A stretch of DNA of 64,000 bases from Eledone cirrhosa. Taxonomy: Eukaryota. Shown one piece after another: positions 43,581 through 60,183 of this stretch. The stretch lies in assembly GCA_964016885.1 (NCBI GenBank), contig OZ024743.1:108252001-108316000 (forward strand), given 5' to 3'. The position numbers and the translations under genes are program-made. The notes under the pieces are model-generated. The model was not told the origin of the DNA and did no database searches. It saw only the letters and a program-made list of their open reading frames with translations. The stretch's first letter is position 1. Every line of letters starts with the position of its first letter.

Positions 43581-44653
43581 GTTCATATTCGGAGTAGAGT
43601 GTACGTCCGTTTATCCACACACACTGGACTTAAAGACAATCATATAAAACAAGCATGTTTGCGCATGAATATTTTCAAACACACATAGGAGCCGCACACA
43701 ATCACACATACCTCACATACCGACTAACAGCATCCATACATTCTGATGCCTTATACACATAGATAGTAATACGCACTCATATAAACACGCATGCATTACG
43801 GCTATGATTTCCATTCGAATTAATAGTTCATCTTCTGATACCATCGGTTATATTAACTCAATACGCTACATGGAAGTTGAAGATGTCATCAAGATAAACA
43901 TGACGATAAGTACCCCAGTCTAGTACTTTATCTACTTAGTTAATACATTCTCAATACACATACAGCTAACTTCATAACGACTCGCAGCAATTTAGTGGAA
44001 AACAAGAACAAAAAATAAACAGTAAATATATAAATGAACACGGACATCTTATCGTCAACTGTAGTACTGCCAACTGTTGGCGAATTAACTTTATAGGCAT
44101 ACATATGCACATAGAAATATAAGTACTTACATGCGTAAGTAAATAGACACAAACAGATATGGATGCATACATAAATACGTATTATTGCTGTACATAAATA
44201 CATACGCATATTCATGAATACATTTCATGTGTGTGCGTGTGTGTGTGTGTATGTGCGTGCGTGTGTGTGTGTGTATGTGCGTGCGTATGTGTATCTTAGG
44301 GTGAGTGTATATACCTGCGTGCGCACGCGCGCGTGTGTGTGTCTGTGTGTGTTCCTCACACTTGACTCTCTACAATGCTGCTTCGTCTTTCGTGTGTTAT
44401 GTTGCTTTTCCAAAACAATGTTTCTTGCCTTTGTATGATTCGATTTCAAAGACGAAAAACTGTCCAAAGCAATGATTCTTTACATATGCAGCAGTTCAAC
44501 GATTGTAATATTCGCCAGGCGGCGACACACTGGTAATTTTAGTTGAGGAGAGTTGCACCGAAGATAGGAACTGACAAATTGACAAATATAATTTATAAAT
44601 CGTGCAACATTGAAACGATCGTATGGAACGCCACAAACTACGTGTGTGCGTAT

Positions 44654-44717
<64 letters not shown>

Positions 44718-45094
44718 ATGTGTGTGTGCGTGTGTATATATCTATACACACACATATTCCCATTTGCGTTTTTGCGCCTATAAGTAACTGTGAGAGAGTG
44801 TTTGGGATGTGAGATATGTTATGGTTAAATAGGAAGTGATAATGTGTCTTAAGTAGATATTATAGCCTGTTCTACTATATTTCAATCTCTCCCTGTTACT
44901 CATTACTGTACTTTGAGAGAAGTGTACCGTGGGACATGTTAATATTTAGTTAAAGAGACGATTAGTTTAATATACGTGCGCGTGTATGTGTGTGTGTGTA
45001 TATGCAACCAGACACATACGCAGACACGCGATGACCCTGTGATTAAGAATTGAAACTCCAGGGTAAAAAGATTAGGTATTTAGCTTTAACAAAA

Positions 45095-45156
<62 letters not shown>

Positions 45157-45232
45157 TAATAATAAATGTGAAGATTACAATCCGTGTTATTTTAATATAT
45201 ATATATTTATTAAAATATTATTACTATATATA

Positions 45233-45358
45233 TTTACGGTCTGAATTCAAATCCTGCCGAGGTTGACTTTGCCTTTCATCCTTACGGAGTTGATACAATA
45301 AAGTACCAGTAATGCACTGATAATTGCTGGCCTTGTGCCTAAAGTAGAAACAATTATT
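45233..45358 (+). mobile_element. SINE-1, 5' truncated
   Basis: TSD ATTATTACTATATATA (45217-45232 / 45353-45368). Confidence 0.88.
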
Positions 45359-45360
45359 AC

Positions 45361-45392
<32 letters not shown>

Positions 45393-45612
45393 GCTGTGTG
45401 TTTGTGTGTGTATGTATACTAAAAGGAGGATTTGTTATGCCTTAATTAATATTATTGAGTAGTGATACGCGTTTCACTATTGATCAGCTCATTCTTCGAT
45501 GTGTATCGATCCGGTCCTACAGCAACTGGCCATATATATAGGGAGGGATGCTGAGAGAGAGATATGTATTATATCAGGATTACACCAATAATAATAATAC
45601 TTGTAGTAGTAA

Positions 45613-45665
<53 letters not shown>

Positions 45666-46079
45666 ATAGTAGTTTCAATATTAATTGTGATGAGCATGAT
45701 GACATTGATATTAATCCGCTCTCTAATGGCCGTGTTCGCTCGGATCTGTTACTGGTCAGTTCAAGCGTAAATGTAATGGCGGATTAAGTTTTCCGTTAAT
45801 ACAAAAATAATCTCTGGATGCTAAAAGCTGGAGAAGTAAAGCATGAGGCGAGGTAGAGTGAGGAAAGCGATGCAGATGTATGGTGTGACATTAGTAGAAT
45901 CAGCATTAATGAAAACACAAACCGTTGAACCTCACCCTAATCATGAGCCATGACAATGTTTGTTTTCTTCAATGCTTCTGTCTACATGTTTTTTTATTTG
46001 TTACTGCAATTATTTGTTTTACAATTTATGCAATATTACCCCAAAACACACACACATACACACTCACACGCATTCATAA

Positions 46080-46111
<32 letters not shown>

Positions 46112-46147
46112 GTATATATATATATATACATACATACACACACATAT

Positions 46148-46239
<92 letters not shown>

Positions 46240-46245
<6 letters not shown>

Positions 46246-46356
46246 ACAAGTAAGACTCTGGGGTCTTACTTGTTCCTATTACCCACTCTACTACCCTAAG
46301 TATTGAGTACTTTGGTGCGTTATGGTCCACCTGGTTCCTTACCACATTTCTTTCGC
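46240..46356 (+). mobile_element. Family C copy 3, fold-back
   Basis: 19-bp arms 46240-46258 / 46261-46279 and tail 46280-46356. (TA)n flanks. Confidence 0.85.
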
Positions 46357-46395
<39 letters not shown>

Positions 46396-46779
46396 GGATA
46401 TCTCTTGTATATGTATGTTTTGATTCATATACATTCACAGTTTCCAATGCACACATATTTCCACTCCTCCTTTATGCATATATGCATTGTGTCTCTATTT
46501 TCCCTCTTTCTCTAAGTGTTTCTCCTTCGGCTAAACCCTCGCACCCTGTACACTCACTTATTTGGCAGTCGATGCAATTGGAATGCTTTCCATCTGTGTC
46601 TGTGTAATTCACCGAAATTTCTTCGTCTCTACCTGACTTGTGACGTCCTAATGTGCACTGGAAAATACGTTATCAACTTAAATAACCGAAACAGTATCTA
46701 TTTCCAGAGGACGGCTGTCCGATTTTCTGAGTATCCGATTTTCTGGTGTTTTTCTATTGTCCTTGTCCTGTGCGACCCC

Positions 46780-46980
<201 letters not shown>

Positions 46981-47339
46981 CATATATACACACACACACA
47001 CATATATATATATATTTCTGTGTCTGTTTGTATGCATGCTGTCTGTGTGTCTCCCTCTCTGGCCCTTATTCTTCTTTTGTGTTTTCTTCATTTTTCTGAT
47101 TATATTTTAGTACATTATTTGCAACAATTCAATCAATATCGACGACAATGTGTACAACCAGAAGGATTCCAATTAGTGAATGATCGATATTTTGAAAGGA
47201 TTGACGGGGACCAGGCTAATTTTAGAGAAACCAATTTCGCAACAATGAGTGTGAGAGAGTGATATAAACATAATGCATGATAGAAATTATATATGTGTAT
47301 GTGTGTGAGAGAGAGAGTACATGCGTGTATGTGCTTGAT

Positions 47340-47429
<90 letters not shown>

Positions 47430-47658
47430 GAGGAAGAAAGAGAGAGGGGTTGAGAGAAAACTGTTAAAATCAAAGAAGTTGACTGAAAGAGTAAAATGTA
47501 TGAGAGAAACAGAGAGGGGGAATAGAAAGAGAGGGGATAGAACTAAAGCGAGAGACCAATAGAAATTTATTTAAACAAAAGGAAAAATTCAACTTCTGTA
47601 TTATCAGTATTAGTGCTCCTCTTATTGTCTTTGTTCTTGTTATTGATGCTATTATTGT

Positions 47659-47860
47659 GAGGTGGATTGGGAGTATCAGTAGACACCATGCTTCAATGCA
47701 TAGAGTTACGGCACTTTACTTTCTGTGTTCGAATTCCGCCAAGGTTAGCTTTGCCTTTCATCCTTAAGAAGTCCATAAAATAAAGTACCAATAACGCATT
47801 TGGGTAGTATAATCGACTTTCTCCTCCCCGTCAAAATATGACTAAATCAGAAACCATTAG
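47659..47860 (+). mobile_element. SINE-1, older long subtype (further degenerate pieces at ~9860-9995, 48872-48979, 57200-57320, 62870-62960)
   Basis: B-box GTTCGAATTCC and core CTTTGCCTTTCATCC..AAATAAAGTACCA. Confidence 0.75.
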
Positions 47861-48279
47861 TAGTAGTATTTGTAGTAAGTCGTTTTACAGATAATATATT
47901 GCTGTGGTCAAAATGCCCCCTCCCCAACCTACTCAGAATACACATCCCACAACCTCTTTGATAACTAATTTATCAACCAATATTCCATTCTGTCCTTCTT
48001 TGGTCGATGAGGAATGTGCCAGTCATGAAATTTGATGTATATTCACGTTAAATCTTTACCACTCTTTCCATTTAATAAATATTATATTTACTATTAAAGC
48101 TTGGCGTCGGATGAAAGATGTCTCGGTGTATTTGTTCACAAATTTGTTCAGGTTTTCTTTAATTTGTTTTACAAGTTTATTGATGTGAAATCTTGTGTTG
48201 AAACAGATATTTATTTTTATATTTTGATCGCCATGCAGCCAACAAAGCATATGTACCAGTTGTTTTTGCTAGTCAGATA

Positions 48280-48845
48280 ACTGTGCAGAGCGATAAACCG
48301 TACCGCATTCACTCGTTCAGTGAGCATAGCTGACTTGTCAGCTGTCTCTGAGCATAGCTGACTTGTGAGCATGGCTGACTTGTGAGCATATGCCGAACAC
48401 TTGCTGTCACGTGTAAGACGGATCCGACTATCAACTTAGTCTATGGTAAAGATCGCCCCACAATCTTTTTTTAGACAGAAAAAACAGGCCCTGTTTATCT
48501 ACCTGGTGTATATGGAGAAAGAGTTCGTATAGTGGACGCATTGAAAGGGTTGAAGAAAATAGTTCCCTCGTCGATGAAGCATTAACTAACTTTTTCAGGT
48601 TTGTTGAAATGTGGGTGAGAGTTGGAAGCATACACCGAATGGATGGACCTGCTCTGTGTGTGCGACTGTAGATTAAATAGGAAAATTGGGAAGAGGGGCT
48701 TGCCTTAGCGGTCAGGGTGCCTGTCGCTTTTTTGGCGGATTTCTTTATGATTGACCATCGGGAGCCTCCCTTTGCTGGATAATTTGCTTTGTTTGTATTT
48801 TAAGTGTTTTTCGGGTTTTCTTTGTTTTTGTGATAACATTTTCAC
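48280..48845 (+). mobile_element. Tx1/L1-clade 3' fragment
   Basis: YAEHLLSRVRRIRLST..VKIAP (homologous to 15600-15700 on the - strand) and FVEMWVRVGSIHRMDGPALCVRL*. Contains a local 17-bp repeat GAGCATAGCTGACTTGT at 48322-48388. Confidence 0.7.
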
Positions 48846-49534
48846 AAGCAAACTACTCGCCGTGTCGTCCTTTCAGAGGTAATTAAAATGAAGTACCAGT
48901 CTAGTACTGAGGCTGATTTACTCGACTTTTCCATTATACTAAACTGCTGGCCTTGTGCCTATATTAGAAATCATTATTAGCTCCCTGACTATTCTATTCA
49001 CAACTCTTTCCTCTTTGTTTGAGGCCTTCTGAATGACTATTTTGTCTTTCTGTGTCACTTCATTGTTTACAACTTGTTTCAGTTACACCATTTGGAGGGG
49101 GGCAGAAAATCTACCCGCATTGCAGTCAAAACTTTAACACTTAAATTGCTATTTAAACGAATTTATATACAGTAGTATATAAAAGCATTGTAAAAGACAT
49201 ATATGACCCAGTTCAATATCTATTCTACAACAAGCATATTAAACTACTAAACTTGTTCATAACGCATATTAATTCAATGCTTCTATATTCTTACTTGAAT
49301 TAAACAATAAAGGAAAAATATCTATTTAGCAGAAAACAATAATGTAAATAAATGTACCGCTACCCTAACATGCACCCCTTCACCTCATACTCTTATGTGT
49401 ATATATATATATATATATATACACACACCCACATACACAAAAAACGCAAACACTCACACACACATATACACACATACATATATATATAAAAAAAAAAAAT
49501 ATATATATATATAAATGTATATGTGTGTGTGCAC

Positions 49535-49620
<86 letters not shown>

Positions 49621-49622
49621 AC

Positions 49623-49670
<48 letters not shown>

Positions 49671-50474
49671 CATGTATATATATATATATACACATCACTC
49701 TTCCCCTGTCTCCTGCAAGCGGATTGCACTCAACCGTTCTTTAAAAAATCACAATTTTTAACATTATTAAGTCTTAGGTCGACAATGAAAGCCTCGGGCA
49801 AAACAAAAAAGAGAAAACAGCAGTAATGAATATATAGAATCCTTATCCGTACTCCTTTGTTTCCACACTGACTGCTGCTGTTTTTTCTTCATTTTGCTAT
49901 TGATTTAGTATTAGAAGTAATAATTGATGTTACTATTACTGTATTTGTCGTTGTTGCTACTTTCTCTCAAAGTTCAAATCACTCATCTATCTCCCTTCTG
50001 CCAGCTGAATTCATTTCTTCAAGCCTCTCCGGATTTTTCAAGTATATTTACACACTCATAAAACTTTAAGACAGACAAATAAATAAAATGTTTTAAAAAA
50101 TGAAAATGAGTCTCAGCCATTTTGCCGGCCTGAGAAAAAAAAGCAGCAACAACAACAAATAATAAGCATAATAACATAAAAGTTTTAGACACATAAAAGT
50201 AGCCTCACTGAGACGTATATACATACAGAAACACACTTAGACTGTGAAGCCATATTTTCTATGATAACTTACAAACGTTCTTAGCTATTGTTTTACAAAA
50301 AGACCCAGGCACACTTCTTTCGAGAACTCTCGAAATATACTAGACGCAGACTCACATACACACATGCATGCACACACACACACTCACACATACACACATA
50401 AATCCCCCCCCCCCCACACGCACACACACATACACACACACACATCACATCATGAGCTTTAGACTATTTGTGTT

Positions 50475-50810
<336 letters not shown>

Positions 50811-52789
50811 ATGTATATATATATATTTATATATATGTATAAATACATATATACACATATGAGTTCGCGTCTATGAATTTGTACGTGTATATATTCTTTT
50901 TCTGGCTGGATAAGCGACCATGTAGGTGCTCTGTTATTGGTTCTAGACTGTTAGAATTTCCACCTGCAAATAGATGTTCGATTCTCTGTCGCTCTTAGCG
51001 ATAAACACTAAGCATTTAATTGTACAACGAACCGAATCTCTACTCCAGAAATTAAAGCTTAAAGAACTTGAATGTTCCCTAAATACGGGTGCTTTTATCA
51101 CGATTTCCAGGGGGAATCACCGTAACATATTGGGAAAAGACTGGAAATAAAAATTTCAGATATGAGAGAAAGAAGGAAATAGATAGAGGCATGAATAAAA
51201 CCTCACTAGAATTATCATTTATCTACCTATAAAGGATGCAATGCAACGATGACGGCAGATGGAATTGAAATGATACGGCAGATGGAATTGAAATGATCGC
51301 AATGAACAACGTTAAACATTCTATACGATTGTCTAACGATTATGTTTCTGTAGCAAATATATACATTTTAAATGCCGGCTATCCTTTTCCATGTTTTATT
51401 TCTTGCAGTGAATCCCATCGGACTAGAACTGTTGCTTTAGCCATGGATACAGGCTTTCCACTCGAAACCATTATCACAAACTAGTTTTACTAAATGTCAA
51501 TTACATGGTTTCATTTACTCATATATCCAGCAGGCTGAATCTCCTTAGAAATGAAATAATTATGTCTAATATACTGCGCTTACAATTCAACACTTTATAT
51601 ATCGAATTGAACAAGAATCATATGTAAGGAGTGACCTGTTATACGAGTCGATGCCGAATTTGTCATAGTCTCTCGAACATAAATAGCAGGCGCATCTTCG
51701 AAATTATGCAAAACTAAATTACATACAAAATGGATTACATTAGACAACGTTTTCTTGGTGATGCAACAGAAAAACAAAATACGACATTAATCATACTTCT
51801 GCTTAATCTATGCTGGAGGTTTAATAGACAACAGTGACACGTTACATTAAAGAAAAAGTAAAACATGTACAAATTAAATGTATACATGAATGAATTAAAG
51901 CATGAAGTTGTGTGGTAAATCATTCAATAAACGATGATGAAATGGAATAGAAAAAAACAGTTTTCTAAGGAAGTTTGAACTTTAAGACATTAGAGGGACG
52001 ATAGTTAAAAATATGACACTTAATCAGGTTGTCATTTCTTTCATTTTCTTTTGCCAGGATGAATAGATATAATTATAATTTAAAAAAATAAAGGGAAATA
52101 CAAGTTCGCTATGTTTTTAGTTAAATTGATTCGGCAATTGATGAAAAAATGATAAAATTATCATGAACAAATAGGTGAGAAAAATGGTGCGAAAAATGGC
52201 GATGAAAGAAAGTAAATGATGACATTATGAAAACAATTTAGACATGAACAAAGCCAAAATATCTAATTGATATAGACAACGACGTCCATAACAATGGCAG
52301 GCTATGGTTTTCATCCATACCAAATAAATCCTCTGTCAATGGTGTTTGGCAGCCATAATTACGTCATCGTTGATGACAATGGCAATGACGATAACATCAC
52401 GTGACTGCAGTGACATCAGCGCGCCCTGTCACTGAATAATAATATCAGGCAGAAGGCATGCTCCAACCGTGGTGCTTGGCAAAATTTCTGTAAGCCAGGG
52501 GCCGACAGCAGGGATAATCCCCGAGCTCATTCTAGTGATTATTCAGATCTAACAGCAACAACATTATATATTTATTTGTTATCATTATCATTATTATTTT
52601 CTAAGTAGGGGGAAATAAACCGGGGCGTCTACTCTCAATGCCCGTGAAGCGACAGAGTAATCCGCAGTGTTGTATGTTTTCTTTTTCTAGAATTACTAAA
52701 AAGTTTTGTCACCTGCTATTGGGCAACTGTTCCTAGTTGAATTCTGTTATTGTTTTGAATTGCTACGAATACTATTTATTACAATTAGT

Positions 52790-52947
52790 GTTGCTGTTAT
52801 ATCTAGTCTTCCCTTTGTCCCTTTATTGATGTCCCTTTTAACTTTACTCACTGCAAACCTCACACTGTGCAATGGTATATTATCATTTCCTGCGTTGACG
52901 TCAGCCTTTTATGTCCCTGTGGCCAATAACAGAAATCTTTATTATAA
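52790..52947 (+). mobile_element. Tx1-like 3' terminus
   Basis: GTCAGCC...CCTGTGGCCAATAACAGAAATC matches the 3' end of the 15311-16634 element. A similar short end lies at ~17585-17615 (-). Confidence 0.5.
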
Positions 52948-53299
52948 GAAGATAAAGAAGCCCGACAAAGCCAGATGACTAGGACGACAACAGGAGGATT
53001 TACAAAAAGACGGGGAGTATTGCAGAAGAGAAATAAAGAACGAAAGAGAGAGCGAGAGGAGGGGGAGATTATATAAGAGCAATACACAACAACAACAATG
53101 TTAACGTCTGTTTATAGGTCTTCCAAACCATTTGTAGATGTAAAGATCTGTTCTCATACAATGTTGTATTTTATGAATTACAGCGGCTGTTATACAGCAC
53201 ATAACATGGGGAGCAGGAACCCTCACTTATCTCCGGCTTACTACTACTAATAGTAGTATTAGCATCAGTAGAAGCAGACGCAGCAGCAGCAGCACCATA

Positions 53300-53418
<119 letters not shown>

Positions 53419-53841
53419 CAGCTGGTGGTGACGATATGGTATAATAGACAGGTCATTAAAAAAGAATCGTTAAGCAATAAACTGAAGGCCATAATATGAT
53501 TGATATTAACTTACACGCACCCACACACACATATATATATAACTAGTTAAGCTTAAAACTTGATACTGAGTGTAGAGTGTAGGTATTATGATGGTTTTTG
53601 GCCTTACACCTGTGCCAATACCAAGAGGGGGTAAATGACTTATATTTTCTTTCAGTATATAAAAACAAACTCTTCGGATGCGTAGTCATAGTCTGACTGA
53701 CATCCCTACATGTCAAACAACTATAACCGCACCCCTGAGGAGACAAAATTTGGAACGGATTGAAAGAAAAAATAATACAGTTACCCACTTGCTGTCGAAA
53801 CAGTAAGGGATTGGCCCAGCCCTATGGCAGAATATCACTAT

Positions 53842-53947
<106 letters not shown>

Positions 53948-53954
53948 TAGGGAT

Positions 53955-54062
<108 letters not shown>

Positions 54063-54191
54063 TTTCTGATACTCTGTTTTTCACAAACTCCATATAAGAA
54101 GAAAACGGAAGCAGCAACCATATGGGTTCACACATGTTCATTGAAAACACACACACACATAGACCAGCGCACATATACACACACACACACT

Positions 54192-54258
<67 letters not shown>

Positions 54259-54259
54259 G

Positions 54260-54292
<33 letters not shown>

Positions 54293-55184
54293 GGTGAGAT
54301 ATGTACATATATCTATACCCACACTATATGTCCCCATGTATCGCGTACTCACGTGATTAGTGGTCTCCTCGGACTCTCTCTTTCTCCCCGCCCCCTCTCT
54401 CTCTACACACACATGTAGAAGAAAATTTCAACCATAAGTTAGAGACAGAGAGACATTCAGCAAACAGGCGGGGATTATATCAAGACGAAGAAGCAAAAGA
54501 ACCACATCAACACCAACAAAAACAGACACTATATGTTAAACCCCGTAATGAACATTGTAATGAGTTAAATGAAGGAAGAAAAGAACAAGAAGACGAAGAA
54601 GAAGAAAAAGAAGAAGAAGAAGAAGAAGAAGAAGAAGAAGAAGAAGAAGAAGAAGAAGAAGAAGAAGAAGAAGAAGAAGGCAATAATAACAAAAATAAAG
54701 TAAAATATATCTTGGTGTCATGAAACATGAATGGAAGCCAACAGTGTGTACGTGTGTGTATATGTGTATGTATGATTATAGTGTATGGTGTTAAGACTGG
54801 AGAAGTAAAACATATATAAACGAAAAAAAGGGGTGAGTTGGGTGTCCTTTTTCTTTTCCATCCGACAAACCTTTAAATAGTGTCGCTAGGGCTTTATGTG
54901 GATTAGTGTTGACAAGTATGCTGAAAGTGTCTCGGGGAAAGACCTTTTAAATTTAATCTGAATTTAGGGAGTCGGTGAATGTTTTCATCGTTTCCATTGC
55001 CTATAAAGGGACAGGGGACACATAATATTGGAGAATTAAAAAAAAAGCAACAAGATCAACGTTAATGGAAATAACAAGAATACACAAGAAATACGTAAAG
55101 AAACAAATTGTCAAATAAACGAAAACATAATGACGCTTTATAAGTTATTGTGGAGCTTTCAGTAACAACACCATCAACAAAACA

Positions 55185-55251
<67 letters not shown>

Positions 55252-55506
55252 CGTGCGTGTGTGTGTGGGTGTGGGTGTGTGTGGGTATGGGTGTGTGTTT
55301 GTGTGTATGTGTGTGTGGAGACACGTGACCTAGTGGTAAGGGTGGTGGGCTTGTGAAAATGACTACACGCAGTAGGTGGGGATTTAACCCAGCTATGGAC
55401 TGGCATCCTATCGAGGGAGAGTCTTGTACTTTCAGTTGCGTCACGCATTGAAACGGGGATAAGTACCAGCCAAATGAGCCTTCTGGCTTAAGACAGACTT
55501 TAGATA

Positions 55507-55546
<40 letters not shown>

Positions 55547-55626
55547 ATAATAATAAATGTTAAGACTAAAAGCAGCGATTCTTTGTCTAAACATTAATCT
55601 GTTATTTTAATATATATATATATGTA

Positions 55627-55706
<80 letters not shown>

Positions 55707-55964
55707 CATACATACACACAAACACACATATATAGTCCATTCATTGGCACATGATGAAGTATATATCAGTCACACTTAGAGCCTTGGATTGTGACCAAGT
55801 ATTGTGTTGTGGTCTTTGTTTTAATACTTTATTTCACGATATTTTTACTCATGAAGACGATGTATATTTGACCAAACTATAGGGGCATATATTCCCTACA
55901 CAATGTTCATTGTCAAAAACCTGCCGTGAAGATATGTAAATATATATATATATATATGTATATA

Positions 55965-56240
55965 TAAGCAAAGGAATGAATGAAGGGTTTACAAGCTCTT
56001 AAAACAAGTTATTTATATAGTTCTTACACATTTTAAACATCTTAATGAGAGGATTTTGAAGAATAAATCTCTCCTGAAGTGTATGGCAGATTCTTCAATT
56101 ATTGGTATTTCCAATAAGAATTATTTCCCATTTGAAACCATGGTAGGAGATCTATATATAAGCGAGTTTAGATAGAACATAGTGTTTTGTGTATCTTGTT
56201 TCTACTCCCATAAAGAGAGTTTTTTTCGCACTTACTTTTG

Positions 56241-56243
<3 letters not shown>
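55965..56243 (+). mobile_element. Family I hammerhead-bearing element between (TA)n runs
   Basis: 56067-56151: ATCTCTC CTGAAGT..long stem II..GAAAC CATG GTA GGAGAT (A9 mutated). ACTC..GAGT stem at 56204-56220. Confidence 0.55.
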
Positions 56244-56298
<55 letters not shown>

Positions 56299-56300
<2 letters not shown>

Positions 56301-56563
56301 AGTGAACCTCCAACCGTCAAGGTTGCTTTTCTGCGGGTATGTCAACATTTATAAAACAAATTTTGTATTTTATGTGATGAACGCGCACCAAAATTGCCTT
56401 GGTTGCCCTTGAAATATATATAATAAAATAATTATGGTTTTATAAATATAGTTTCCATTTATTAATATGTTGAATATTTACTCCAGTAACATGCTGAGTG
56501 CTTTATATCAGTTATAAAACGTTTAAGCTTGTTGAATCCCAACAAATTAAATATAACTTTTGC
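56299..56563 (+). mobile_element. Diverged family B copy without inverted arm
   Basis: Homologous to 19030-19262 with the same 3' end (...TTTGC|ATATA), between (TA)n runs. Hammerhead 56366-56430 has C3>G but a perfect stem I TATTTTAT/ATAAAATA. Confidence 0.75.
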
Positions 56564-57845
56564 ATATATATATATATATTCATATAGCTGGTATTTGAAA
56601 GATATGAAGTTCGATTCGTAATACCGACTTTTTTCCCGTGTATAAGGGGATTTTACCCGCTTTTTAAAGCTATTTACAGAAACTAACTTTATTTGCAATT
56701 GTTGTTCTGCATTTGACTTGCATATCTGTTCAATTAAACCCATTAGAGCTATCAGTTCTTGAAAATTCAAACTTTGCATATTGTCTTATTTGTGTGTGTG
56801 TGTGAGTGAAGGCGTGTGGCTTAAGTGCTACAAGGGTTATAAGGCACACGATCATGCGTTCAGTACTCAGTGGCGCATTGTGTCTTTGAGCATGGCATTT
56901 TATGTCACGCTGCTCCAGACCACATAGCTGGTAAATATTATTTGTATCTGTAATTCGAAGAAACGACCTTGTCACAAGCTGCGTCACGCTGAATCTCCCG
57001 CTTGATAGGACGCCAGTCCATCGCAGACTCAAACCTCCAGCTATTGCTGGTACTCATTTTCAGCTGAGTATACTGGAGTAACTGGAAATGAAGTGTTTTG
57101 TTTAACACAAAACGAAACCCTGCATGGAAAGAGAGAATGAAATAACACATAATCCATCTTTATAAAGTGTGTATGTATATTCTACTGATATATTCGACAC
57201 TGGCTTTCATCATCCTTGAGAAAGGAAATTATTTACTATTCATATACTGGGGCTAATTTAATCAACTTTAACTCAACTAAAAAATAAATGTCAATTAGTT
57301 CCTATTTTAGATGTTCTCATTGTAGTCTTAAATACTCTAGTTACCGAATGCCCGGTTTTTAGTCTTAGTTAGCACAATTGCTAAAGACAAACAATTTGGA
57401 TTCAATAGTTTTCCCACCCTAGAAAATAACATTAGTTAATTTTCCCTCCTTAAGGCATTCTTATTATTTACTTCTTTTTTTTTCGTAGTTAAAATTGATG
57501 GGGTAAGAAAGGGGGCCGGGTTAGAAAAAAACTAGGCTGAGTCAGGGCCTTCGTTTAAACAATGCGGACCGGGGGAGGGATCTGTCAGAATATTAATAAA
57601 ATAAACATTTTGAATGAATGGTGTCATCTAACAGGCTTTTATATATATTTTCTACATCCTTATTATATTTCAGAATAAATCCTGTAACTCATTAATTATT
57701 TCCACTTGAATCAAAGCACATCTCATATATTAAAGGGGTTAAAAAATGAAAAAAAAGACAGCTCCCTTAGCTGTACCTACTTATAAGTGGCATGTCTCTT
57801 TATCAAATAATGATAGAAATGTCATCAATAGAGAGAGAGAGAGAA

Positions 57846-57930
<85 letters not shown>

Positions 57931-57935
57931 CATAT

Positions 57936-58005
<70 letters not shown>

Positions 58006-58193
58006 GCAGAGGTGGAATAAAGATTCCAGCAAGGGAAAATAGAACATATTAACAAGAACAACGCACACAAATATATACGTAGATACAAATACACTATATG
58101 TATGTACTTACATATCACTTTCAAAACACACATACTCACACACACACACACAAACATACGTACTGCATCACTGTTTTGTTCCCGTTCAATTTT

Positions 58194-58278
<85 letters not shown>

Positions 58279-58284
58279 GAGAGA

Positions 58285-58364
<80 letters not shown>

Positions 58365-58384
58365 TGTGTATGTATGTATATATA

Positions 58385-58432
<48 letters not shown>

Positions 58433-58664
58433 GTTTAACCAAAGCATCGCTGCGTTCACCCTTAACGGGATCGTCTGAAACTAACAAAGTCAATCTGTGA
58501 ACGCAGAAGTGAATATTTAAAAAAAACGGTGCAACCGGAGGAAGACAGGAAGACGATACTTTGGTTCGTGGAAACGTTCCCTGGCAAGGAACGGGAAAAC
58601 ACGAATCTGTTTTCTGTATCAGGAGATTTAGGTATGTTTTCCTGCTTGGTACGGGTATGTACTT

Positions 58665-58864
58665 NNNNNNNNNNNNNNNNNNNNNNNNNNNNNNNNNNNN
58701 NNNNNNNNNNNNNNNNNNNNNNNNNNNNNNNNNNNNNNNNNNNNNNNNNNNNNNNNNNNNNNNNNNNNNNNNNNNNNNNNNNNNNNNNNNNNNNNNNNNN
58801 NNNNNNNNNNNNNNNNNNNNNNNNNNNNNNNNNNNNNNNNNNNNNNNNNNNNNNNNNNNNNNNN
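58665..58864. other. Assembly gap (200 N)
   Basis: Run of N. Confidence 1.
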
Positions 58865-59361
58865 AAATGCGAATACGTACAACAGTGCTACAGCCGTCAC
58901 ACTACCCAACTCCACAACCATCATCACCGCAATAGGACCCACAACCGCCATCACCATGACCAATTCTAACAACGCTAGAACCTCCACCACCACCGCCACC
59001 AAGATCACCATAATGAAAGTTACTATCACAAACATGTAGCTAACATATGGCTTTACTTCGTACTTTATCAATCACACATTCCCACTAAGTACCCGTTCAT
59101 TTTATTTCTCTCTTTCTTTCATCCTCTTTCTTTTTATCACTCTCTTTCTGTCTCTTTCGCTCTCTCCATACCTCATTAGTGACCCCCACCCCCCTATATA
59201 TCTCTTTCTCTCTCTCTCATCCTCTCCCTCTCACTCTCTCCTATCAGAATGCACATATTAATGAACCTTGAAAGCAAACAGTATCTGAATATAAAACAAG
59301 AAAAGGATGATTGTATTACATTCAATGTTCAACATAGCTCTCACTCATCCTCTTTCTCTCA

Positions 59362-59475
<114 letters not shown>

Positions 59476-59820
59476 TTTCCTATCAAAAGAACTGCTGTTA
59501 GGTTAATACATATTAAAATTTAACAAAATAGCGATGACGCCCGATGAAAGGATGGCGGTGAGATTAAATGAAAGAAATGAGGCTGGTTTATACAACAATA
59601 TCAGCAGCAGCAACAACAGCAACAATATAAGCAATGACAACAGCAACGACAACAACAACAATAACAACGACAGCAACAACCAACAGTAACACGCGAAAAC
59701 CCCACATCTACAACGATAAATGCAACACCAACAACAACTAGTACAATAACAACAACGCCACCTCCACTTTGTCTTCCTCATCATCCTCATCCAGTCAAGT
59801 AGTAGTGCCAGTAGTAGTGC

Positions 59821-59897
<77 letters not shown>

Positions 59898-60183
59898 TGA
59901 GCTGCTACGAATATGTTGTAAATGAGTAAAAGTTTAATTTATTTGACGACAGAGGAAGTTTACAATTATGATAATAGCAGTAAAAAGACAAAGAGATCAA
60001 CAAAACAAGAATAAACAGAGCAAACGTACCGAAAACTACGACCACATCAACAAATGGTGATAATAAAAACTACCATCCTGGCTGTCAACATCCTCAGTCA
60101 TACACAAATGCTTACATTCGTACACACACATACACACACACATATATATATATATATGTATGAGTGTATGTGTGTATATATAT

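Noticed and set aside
51252-51297. 23-bp perfect tandem duplication
   Set aside because: Ordinary slippage duplication with no further structure.
57725-57745. piggyBac-like terminus GGGGTTAA
   Set aside because: No matching opposite end found.
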